Of a stretch of 64,000 nt of DNA, positions 51,410 to 60,000 are shown in pieces. The stretch comes from Pseudomonadota bacterium (GTDB lineage Bacteria > Pseudomonadota > Alphaproteobacteria > Rickettsiales > SXRF01), in assembly GCA_038043465.1 (NCBI GenBank), contig JBBTBX010000002.1, forward strand, positions 110,944-174,943. The letters run 5' to 3'. Below the pieces are notes generated by a model that was not told the DNA's origin, did not search any database, and saw only the letters and a program-made list of their open reading frames with translations. Position 1 is the first letter of the stretch; the number at the start of each line of letters is the position of its first letter. Both the position numbers and the translations under genes were made by a program.

Positions 51410-53332
51410 ATGCTTGCTAATGCCTATGATTTTGACCGCAATGGTAATCTTATTACCTTTGATCCGACACGTAAAATAGTCCGCTTTCCAGAAACACAGG
51501 AAGAAAAAAAATTATACCGCAAAGCGGCAGAAGATCCGCAATTGCAAAAGGTATATCCGTCTTCAGTGAAGCTTGATTATTCGCGTGACGCCTTGCTTAC
51601 CGATTTTGGCAAAGCTACGCTTGATGACCGTTATTTGCTAGAAGGTGAAAACTATCAGCAGATGTTTGCCCGTGTTGCCTGCGCTTATGCTGATGATGCA
51701 GCGCATGCTCAGCGGCTTTATGATTATATTTCTCAGCTTTGGTTTATGCCATCCACCCCTATTCTCTCCAATGGCGGTGCAAAACGCGGTTTACCAATTT
51801 CCTGCTTCCTGAATACTGTAAGTGATTCACTGGACGGGATTGTTTCCACTTGGAATGAAAACGTGCTGCTTGCCTCCAATGGTGGTGGCATTGGTACTTA
51901 TTGGGGATTTGTGCGCGGTGTGGGCGAGCCTGTCGGGCGCGCCGGAAAAACTTCCGGTATCATTCCTTTTGTGCGTGTTATGGATTCACTGACATTGGCA
52001 ATTGCTCAGGGCAGTTTGCGTCGTGGTTCGGCGGCTGTTTATCTGGATATTCATCATCCAGAGATTGAAGAATTCCTTGAAATCCGCAAGCCCAGCGGTG
52101 ACTTTAACCGTAAAAGCCTGAACCTGCATCATGGCATTAACATTACTGATGAATTCATGGAAGCGGTACGGAGGGATGCAGAATTCGGTCTGCGTTCGCC
52201 AAAAACCAATAAAATTCTTAAGCATGTAAATGCCCGCCAGCTATTCCAGAAAATTCTGGAAATGCGCCTGCAAACTGGTGAGCCGTATTTGATTTATATT
52301 GATACTGCCAATAAATCCCTGCCCAAGCACCAGCGCGAACTTGGCTTAAAAGTACGCATGTCGAATTTATGCAGTGAAATCCTGCTGACAACCGGTCCTG
52401 ACCATCTTGGTAAAGACCGCACTGCTGTTTGCTGCCTTAGTTCGCTCAATGCCGAGACCTGGGACGAATGGCATGATAATCCGCGCATAGTAGAAGATGT
52501 TCTACGCTTTCTTGATAATGTATTGCAGGAATTTATTGATACTGCACCTGATGGCATGGCGCGTGCCAAATACGCCGCTATGCGTGAACGCTCGGTTGGA
52601 CTGGGGTTGATGGGCTTTCATTCTTTCCTGCAACAGAAAGGCGTGCCGTTTGAAAGCGCGATGGCAAAATCATGGAACATGAAAATGTTCCGACAGATCC
52701 GCCGCGCCGCTGACGCAGCTTCTGTTGCCTTGGCTGAGGAACGTGGTTCTTGTCCGGACGCTGAGGAACGCGGCATAAAAGCACGCTTCAGTCACAAGCT
52801 TGCAATTGCTCCCACCGCCAGCATCAGTATTATCTGTGGCGGAACTTCCGCCTGCATAGAGCCGATCCCTGCCAATATTTATAATCACAAAACCCTTTCC
52901 GGAAACTTTGCAGTAAAGAATATTTACCTCGAAAAACTTCTGGAAGAAAAAGGCATTAATAGTGAATCCACCTGGCAATCTATTGTCGAGCATGAAGGAT
53001 CGGTGCAGCATTTGCCACAACTTTCGCAGGATGAAAAAGATACGTTCAAAACTGCTTTTGAAATTGACCAGCGTTGGATTGTCGAATTTGCTGGTGACCG
53101 TGCGCCTTATGTCTGTCAGGGGCAGTCTATCAATTTGTTTCTGCCAGCCGACGCTGATAAATGGGATTTATTCATGCTGCATTGGACGGCTTGGGAAAAA
53201 GGTGTGAAGTCGCTTTATTACTGCCGTTCAAAATCTATCCAGCGCGCTGAATATGCTGGCGGCGGTGAAAAAGAAATCAAAACCCTGAAAACTGAAAAAA
53301 CCGATTATGAGGAGTGTTTGGCATGTCAGTAA
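51410..53332 (+). CDS. nrdA: class I ribonucleotide reductase alpha subunit (no ATP-cone evident)
   Basis: ATG 51410 after GGAGGG. ...LPISCFLN..., SNLCSEI and C-terminal ...EECLACQ redox tail. The track start 51365 lies inside the riboswitch. Confidence 0.92.
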   Translation: MLANAYDFDRNGNLITFDPTRKIVRFPETQEEKKLYRKAAEDPQLQKVYPSSVKLDYSRDALLTDFGKATLDDRYLLEGENYQQMFARVACAYADDAAHAQRLYDYISQLWFMPSTPILSNGGAKRGLPISCFLNTVSDSLDGIVSTWNENVLLASNGGGIGTYWGFVRGVGEPVGRAGKTSGIIPFVRVMDSLTLAIAQGSLRRGSAAVYLDIHHPEIEEFLEIRKPSGDFNRKSLNLHHGINITDEFMEAVRRDAEFGLRSPKTNKILKHVNARQLFQKILEMRLQTGEPYLIYIDTANKSLPKHQRELGLKVRMSNLCSEILLTTGPDHLGKDRTAVCCLSSLNAETWDEWHDNPRIVEDVLRFLDNVLQEFIDTAPDGMARAKYAAMRERSVGLGLMGFHSFLQQKGVPFESAMAKSWNMKMFRQIRRAADAASVALAEERGSCPDAEERGIKARFSHKLAIAPTASISIICGGTSACIEPIPANIYNHKTLSGNFAVKNIYLEKLLEEKGINSESTWQSIVEHEGSVQHLPQLSQDEKDTFKTAFEIDQRWIVEFAGDRAPYVCQGQSINLFLPADADKWDLFMLHWTAWEKGVKSLYYCRSKSIQRAEYAGGGEKEIKTLKTEKTDYEECLACQ

Positions 53333-54414
53333 TTTACGCAAAACAAAATCCTCTCGAGCTGCAGGGCAAAGGCAAAATCGGTCTGCTTGAAACTTCCGGC
53401 AGTTATAATGTTGACCGCTATCCGTGGGCTTATCAGGCATGGAAACGCCAGCAGCAGATTCACTGGATGGGTGAAGAAGTGCCACTTGGTGAAGACATCA
53501 AGGATTGGAACGGAAAAGCACTCAGTGAAAGTGAACGCAATTTGCTTACGCAGATTTTCCGTTTCTTTACGCAGTCGGATGTAGAAGTCAGCGATAATTA
53601 TTTCAAGCGTTATATTCCCATTTTCCAGCCACTCGAAATCCAGATGATGATGGCGGCATTTACCAACATGGAAACGGTGCATATCGACGCTTACGCGTTG
53701 TTACTGAAAACACTCGGTATGCCCAACACTGAGTTCAAAGCATTCCATTCTTACGCTTCCATGCGTGCAAAAACCGATTATATGCACAGCTTCGGCACTT
53801 CCACCTGCTCCGATGTTGCACGTACGCTGGCTATGTTTGGCGCATTCACCGAGGGTATGGCTCTTTTTGCCAGTTTCGCGATGCTGATGAATTTCCCACG
53901 CTTCAATAAAATGAAAGGCATGGGGCAAATTGTTAGCTGGTCAGTACGCGATGAATCATTGCACTGCGAGAGCATTATCCGTCTTTATCATGAATGGGCG
54001 CAGGAGACTGGCGCGGTGACCAAAGCAGTTGCCGATGATATTATAGATGTTGGTAAAACTATGGTGGGACTCGAAGATAAATTCATTGAGCTGGCTTTTG
54101 AATTTGGTGAAGTGCAAGGGATGAAGCCGGATGATATAAAAAACTATGTTCGTTACATTGCCGACTGGCGACTTACCCAACTCAAACTCACCCCGGTTTA
54201 TGGCTATTTCACCGGAACATCTGGCGAGTATAAACAAACCAGAGAACATCCTCTGCCGTGGCTTTCCGCCATGCTTAATGGGGTTGAACATGCCAATTTC
54301 TTTGAAGCCCGCTCCACCGAATATTCCAAAGCAGCAACGCGCGGCGATTGGCACGGCGAAGGCGGGGTATGGGCAGCTTTTGATAATATGAAAAAACAAC
54401 TGGAGGTTGCGTAA
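53323..54414 (+). CDS. nrdB: class I ribonucleotide reductase beta subunit
   Basis: Di-metal/tyrosyl motifs FFTQSDVEV, NMETVHIDAY (E-x2-H-x3-Y), FTEGMALFASF and VRDESLHCE. Its ATG overlaps the nrdA stop (ATGTCAGTAA). Confidence 0.92.
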   Translation: MSVIYAKQNPLELQGKGKIGLLETSGSYNVDRYPWAYQAWKRQQQIHWMGEEVPLGEDIKDWNGKALSESERNLLTQIFRFFTQSDVEVSDNYFKRYIPIFQPLEIQMMMAAFTNMETVHIDAYALLLKTLGMPNTEFKAFHSYASMRAKTDYMHSFGTSTCSDVARTLAMFGAFTEGMALFASFAMLMNFPRFNKMKGMGQIVSWSVRDESLHCESIIRLYHEWAQETGAVTKAVADDIIDVGKTMVGLEDKFIELAFEFGEVQGMKPDDIKNYVRYIADWRLTQLKLTPVYGYFTGTSGEYKQTREHPLPWLSAMLNGVEHANFFEARSTEYSKAATRGDWHGEGGVWAAFDNMKKQLEVA

Positions 54415-54782
54415 TGTACGAAAAAGAACTGGTTATCAAAGTAGTTGCTATGCCCTGCGACACTAACCCCGATGGCGATATGTTCGGCGGATGGATTTTA
54501 AGTCAGATGGATTTGGCGGCATATCTCCATGCTCGCAAGCTGGCGCATCACAAGATCGTTACCGTTGCCATCGACAATATCGTATTTCATCGCCCGGTTC
54601 TGGTTGGTGATTGCCTGATTTGTTATGCCACAATCGAAAAAGTCGGGCGCACCAGCATTGCGGTAAAAATTGACGCGATGGTCGAGCGCAAAGAAGGTCA
54701 CAAACAGGAAGAGGTGACTGAAGGTCGCTTTACGTTCGTTGCCATTGGCGAAGATAGAAAGCCAGTGCCAGTTAAAGTATAA
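54414..54782 (+). CDS. YciA-like acyl-CoA thioesterase (hotdog fold)
   Basis: AMPCDTNPDGDMFGGWILSQMDLAA. The start overlaps the nrdB stop (TAATG). Confidence 0.8.
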   Translation: MYEKELVIKVVAMPCDTNPDGDMFGGWILSQMDLAAYLHARKLAHHKIVTVAIDNIVFHRPVLVGDCLICYATIEKVGRTSIAVKIDAMVERKEGHKQEEVTEGRFTFVAIGEDRKPVPVKV

Positions 54783-55337
54783 CTACGCCCTGAGCATCCT
54801 GTTATTATATGGTGGCATAAGTTGTAGCGTTGAACCGATGTGGTTTAAGGCAAATAAACCTATTAGCGCGCCAACATTAAGAACAAAAATTCGTGACTGA
54901 ATGGCAAGCGTATAATTTTCTACACCACCAAGCACCAGTGAGGCAATATAACCGCTTGCTTCATAAGCCACAAAAGCTACCATAAAAGCTAAAGTGATGC
55001 TCAGTACAGGACTTGAATTGCTAAAACGTGCTACTATCCAGCGTGCAGATAGCAGTGAAATAAGCGCGACCGCGCCAAGTGCCGCTCCCCATGCGAAGGT
55101 ATTTGCATCCCACGGGTAATCCATGAACAGGAAGCCAGTGAGTTGATTGGCGAGCCATACACCAAGCATAAGGAGTACTGCATCACGGCGAGGTAATGTA
55201 AGCGCAGTTGCAGCAGCAAAAGCGGCAAACGGAACGGCGCATTCAAACCAGAAGGTAAAGGCAACGCTGGAAACAATAAGCAGCGTTAGCCAGAGGGGAC
55301 GACGCCAGTCTTGAGCCGGTGAAAGTGATGATTGCAT
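54783..55337 (-). CDS. hypothetical about 6-TM membrane protein, distal gene of the B12-riboswitch operon (candidate small-molecule/B12 transporter)
   Basis: 184 aa with six hydrophobic helices. AAGGAG RBS 5 nt upstream of ATG 55337. Single Cys (FWFECAVPF). Confidence 0.6.
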   Translation of the reverse strand: MQSSLSPAQDWRRPLWLTLLIVSSVAFTFWFECAVPFAAFAAATALTLPRRDAVLLMLGVWLANQLTGFLFMDYPWDANTFAWGAALGAVALISLLSARWIVARFSNSSPVLSITLAFMVAFVAYEASGYIASLVLGGVENYTLAIQSRIFVLNVGALIGLFALNHIGSTLQLMPPYNNRMLRA

Positions 55338-55367
55338 AGTAACTCCTTTAGGTTGATGATTATAGTT

Positions 55368-55898
55368 TTAACGTGGCAAACGAGTGACTAAACGCTTAGT
55401 GTTTGCCTGCACTGCAGATGCCCATTTCTTGGATTCCCGCGTAGGTTTATCACTAACGGCATCTTTATCCGATGTTTGCGCCTCTTTTTCGGCAATATTA
55501 GCTTTTCGTTGCAGTTTTCCAGCACCAAGCTGCCATTCAGTAACAACTTTTTTGCTTTCCAGATAGTTGGAAACACCCATGCACGCTGCACCAAAAGCCG
55601 TCATGACAACAGCAATACGGTTGAATTGCTTATTGCCCATAACTGCTTCAGTGCCTTTAGCCGATTTGAAAAGCGGTTTCCCCTGTTCGGCAGCACTCAG
55701 GATTTTTGATGACAGCACGCTTAGAACGCCGATATTGGTCGCACCCGCTATGGCAAACAGCCATGATGATATGGCTGAATAAGTCGTATGATCACGCATG
55801 AATTTTTTTTCAGATATAGTTGCCGCTTCCTCATGGGCAGGGGCAGAAGATGTTTGTGGTTTCTTTTCTGAAGTTTTTTGTTCTATTACTTCGCTCAT
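55368..55898 (-). CDS. hypothetical membrane protein (two central TM helices, polar charged termini)
   Basis: 176 aa. The start lies 4 nt after the stop of the upstream ORF, which suggests coupling. No family recognised. Confidence 0.5.
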   Translation of the reverse strand: MSEVIEQKTSEKKPQTSSAPAHEEAATISEKKFMRDHTTYSAISSWLFAIAGATNIGVLSVLSSKILSAAEQGKPLFKSAKGTEAVMGNKQFNRIAVVMTAFGAACMGVSNYLESKKVVTEWQLGAGKLQRKANIAEKEAQTSDKDAVSDKPTRESKKWASAVQANTKRLVTRLPR

Positions 55899-55902
55899 AT
55901 GC

Positions 55903-56403
55903 TTACTCTTTACTTGAGAAATTATTTAAAGATTTCTGTATATTATTAGTATTGGCGTTAGAAGCAACCACCGTTTCTTCCATTTGCAAAGGCATGACAT
56001 ATGCGTTCTGGAAATCCATGCGGTAATCAGTCATGGCATAATAACAAATCAGATTTCCCGCTTCATCACCGGACTTGTCAGTAACAGAAGCGGTGAACAA
56101 CAGCCCACGCTGCAGATTCCCATCTCCTTTCCAGAATAGCTTATCATAAGTATCCAGCGATAATTGCTCATTGAAAGACAGGGAGTCATTCAAGGCATAT
56201 TTAGACCCGTAACGCGAATTAAATGCTTCGATGCAGGATTTTTTTTGCGCGCTATCAAAATTGGTAAGCGCGGCGGCTTTATCCATTTCAAATAATTGTT
56301 GCCGCAAATTGCTTTGATTGCCCGCCCAGGATACCGAGCTGATACATATAATACATAAAATTGTGCAAATAATTACTTGAAGATTTAAATTAAAACCAGT
56401 CAT
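55903..56403 (-). CDS. hypothetical exported protein, first gene after the B12 riboswitch
   Basis: ATG 56403 is preceded by GGAG (8-nt spacing). Signal peptide MTGFNLNLQVIICTILCIICISSVSWA. The track start is GTG 56412. Confidence 0.5.
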   Translation of the reverse strand: MTGFNLNLQVIICTILCIICISSVSWAGNQSNLRQQLFEMDKAAALTNFDSAQKKSCIEAFNSRYGSKYALNDSLSFNEQLSLDTYDKLFWKGDGNLQRGLLFTASVTDKSGDEAGNLICYYAMTDYRMDFQNAYVMPLQMEETVVASNANTNNIQKSLNNFSSKE

Positions 56404-56449
56404 AAAATACACTCCATAAACAGTTATACATACGCTATTGCCAAATGGC

Positions 56450-56715
56450 TTTAGCGCGTGTCACTGCATAAAGAGTTGGGCTCACCCCAATCATCACTCC
56501 TAGAAAACACCCCGTTTCCTGAGTATGCGTGACACCTGATAGTAGGTCTCCTGACTTGCGGGTCATCACCTTCGGCTGTCTTCCCAAGTATCGCTACTCA
56601 GTGACGGTGTATCATTGCCTAAGGCTTGCCGCTTACAGTTGCGGGGGCAGTTCCGGATTACACAAATAATTGTGGCACCAGATTCCCTATTAATCCCTTG
56701 CGGGAACTATCAAGG
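56450..56715 (-). promoter_or_regulatory. cobalamin (B12) riboswitch (minus strand)
   Basis: Reverse complement reads ...aatagggaatctggtgcc...ccggaactgcccccgcaactgtaagcgg...gtcactgag...gggaagac...B12 box agtcaggagacctact (56541-56556). It shares the ctgcccccgcaactgtaagcgg core with the nrd riboswitch. Confidence 0.85.
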
Positions 56716-56718
56716 AGT

Positions 56719-56746
56719 AACATAACGCAAAATTGGATAAGGTCAA
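56719..56746 (-). promoter_or_regulatory. candidate sigma-70 promoter for the minus-strand riboswitch operon
   Basis: On the minus strand: TTGACC (56746-56741), 16 nt, TATGTT (56724-56719), just upstream of the riboswitch 5' end. Confidence 0.4.
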
Positions 56747-57021
56747 TCTGATAGTTATAAGGTGTAATTTTATGCGAGCTGGATTGATAAATGACCTTCT
56801 GGTCATTTGCCCTATAGGCTGGCATCCAAAATTTCTGCTGAAATTTTGTCGAACCATATGGTTCGCATACCAACTCGTAGAAACACGAAAAGGAAATATA
56901 GATTTTCATATTGATGGTGTGGTGGTGAAAATTTTGAGAAATTTGTAGCTATTACGCATCCCCCATTCATCTACCTCTAGTGAGGGATGAATGAAGGATA
57001 CGAAGTGGATAAAATTCTTAA

Positions 57022-60000
57022 CTACAACAAGAAATCGCTCGCTGCCAGGGTATGCAGTCCGGTTAGTTCGATTTGCATATCGAGCGTGCCGTTACTATCA
57101 GCGTCTATGCCGATAATAGTGTTGCCGGAAACTTGTGCATAATTAACCCCAGCTACTGAACCACCCAAAGCACCTGTGCCTTTAAAAGTGAAGCTTCCGG
57201 CGAAATCAGTAAGGTCGATTTTATCAGTGCCTTTAACGAAATCAGTGATAATGTCACGTACACCTGTCGCTTTTCCAGAATCAGTTATTGCGCTGAATTT
57301 AAACACATCAGCACCAGCACCGCCAGTCATGGTGTCTTTTCCAGTCCCGCCAGTTATAATATTGGCAAGGGTATTTCCCAGCAATGTATCGTTGTAAGTA
57401 GAACCAGTTAGATTTTCGATATTAGTGAGTATATCGCCGGCAGCAAAGCCACCAGATTGCGCGGTGGTAACAGCCAGATTTACATTCACTGCCGCTGTGG
57501 AGTTAGCGTATGAAACTGTATCAATCCCTGCCCCACCATTGATGTTATTAGCAACTGAGCTGCCTGTAAATGTGTCGTTCAAAGGTGAACCAATAATGTT
57601 TTCAATGCTGATTAGCGTATCGTCCTGAGCATGACCGCCAGATTGAGCGGTGGTGATTCCGAGATTTACATTAACTGCGGCAGTAGAAGCTGCGTAGGAC
57701 ACAGTATCAGTTCCCACCCCTCCATCAAGTATATCAACTCCGGTGCTTCCGGAAATTGTATCATTACCATCAAGGGCATAAATTACTTCATTACCGGCGA
57801 TTCCAGCCAGGATGTTATCCGCTGTGGTTCCGGAGATTATTTTAGCGACATTAATTTTGGCAGTGGCAGTGTTTGAAATAATACCGTTAGAATCTTTAAC
57901 GCTATAGGTAAAACTATCCATACCGTTATATCCTGCGGTCGGGGTATAAAGGATTGTGCCATCGGTAGCATTAATGCTCACTGTGCCGTGTGCAGGAGTG
58001 GTCAAACCAGTTATACTGCTAGCAAAGAGAACTGTCTCAACATCATTATCATTAGCCAGAACATTAAGTTTAGTCGCGGTGTTTTCGACAACCACAAAGC
58101 TGTCGTTAGTCGCCACAGGAATATCGTTTACCGGTGTCACCGTAGCATCAACAATCAGAGTGCTGGTTGCGCCGAATGAATCGGTTAGTTTTATGGTGAT
58201 TTTATCAATCCCGTTGTAATTAGGCTTTGGAGTATAAGTTATCATATTGCCGGCAAAGCTGATACTGGCATTAGGTGAGGAGACGGAATTGATGGTAAAA
58301 GCATTGCCGTCCGGATCATAAAAATAGCTATTCACATCAAAAGTTGCTGGAGTATCTTCAGTAAATGTAATGGTGCTGCCTGTCTTAAATTTAGGAGAGT
58401 CATTAATTAGAGTTACATTTATTGTAGCTGTAGCAATGTTGGAAACCAACCCCTGCGAATCAGTAACTGTATATTTAAAACTATCCTGTCCGTAGAAATC
58501 AGCTTTTGGTGTGTATAACACCTTGCCATCACTTTGGATTGCAACTGTACCATTTGTCGGCTGGGTAGTTATTTTAATATTAGCTGCCGGGAAGAAACCA
58601 TCTTCCACATCCGAATCATTGCTCAGAATAGTTATAAGGGCGGTGCTATCTTCACTGATTGTGATGACATCATTAGTTGCCACAGGCGCATCATTTACCG
58701 AAATAATCGTGGCATTTACCGTTTTGGTATCAAAACCACCATTGCCATCAGAAATCGTGTAGGTGAATGAATCAGTGCCGAAATAGTTTTTGGAAGGAGT
58801 ATAAAATAACTTACCACCGGAAATGCTGGTAGAGCCATGCGCCGCACCGCCAGCAGAATATATAGTCATGGTATTATTTTCTATATCAGTCGCACCAACC
58901 AGAGCCAGCACTTCAACTGGTGTATCCTCATTGGTTGTTATAGTTTTGTTCAGTCCCACCGGAGCATCATTAACCGGTGCCACATTAACACTGATAGTTT
59001 TGCTCTGGCTTACACCGGCTGCGTCTTTATAGGAAATAGTAAAACTATCAGTGCCAAAATAATTAGCTTTTGAGGTGTAAATTATATCACCGCTGGTATT
59101 TACAGAAGCTGTGCCATTCACGGCAGCCCCTGAGATAATAATATTTTTATAATCAGCACTACCATCATTTTTATTAAGCAGTTTTATTTTTGTGGCTACA
59201 TCCTCATTAACTACCACATAACCATTCACAGAATAAACCGTGGATACAGGTTCAATAGAAGCCGCATTGGTCAGGTTGAATTTTGTTCCATCAGCAAATT
59301 GGATATATTCCATGCGGTTATTGTCGGTAGCGAAAAATTTGCTGACTAATATAGAATCGGTTTTCCCCTGAGTTACTATACGTAGATCATCACCAACCCG
59401 AATCATTGCCATAGTAGAAGATAAAATACCAGTACCCAGCACTATTTTATCGCCAACACCACCGGATTCGGTAAGAATATCACTACCATAACCAGCGTCA
59501 AAATTATAGGTATCAACTCCACCGCCACCTCTTAAAATATCATTACCGATGCCGCCATTGATAATATCAATATCTTCACTGCCATAGATATAGTCATTAC
59601 CCGCAGCTCCACTCAGATTGTCGGCAAAAGGTGTTCCGATTATTATATCATCTGCCGCACTGCCAGTCACAGTAATTGCCTTGGTGATATCAATGATTCT
59701 GCCATCGGCAAATTTAAGGGTTTCTACCCGGTAATTGGAGTTAGTGAAGAAATTATTGATAGTTACTCGGTCATTGGCACTGTAGCTTATAATTAGATTA
59801 GTTCCGGATGCCTCCATCAATATATCCTGCGGTACTATCCCAGCCCCAAATACTATCTGGTCAGCACCCGTATAATCAGAAAGCGTATCCTGTCCATCAC
59901 CAATGTTGAAGATATAGACATCGTTACCTGTGCTTCCATCAATAATATCATTGCCTTTGCCAGCGTTAATAGTGTCATTACCGCTATAGCCATAGATGGT

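Noticed and set aside
56658-56948. Two small overlapping ORFs (56658-56909 minus, 56733-56948 plus) between the riboswitch and the RTX gene.
   Set aside because: One overlaps the riboswitch aptamer and the candidate promoter. Neither has an RBS or any recognisable motif. The region is better explained as promoter/leader plus the RTX 3' flank.
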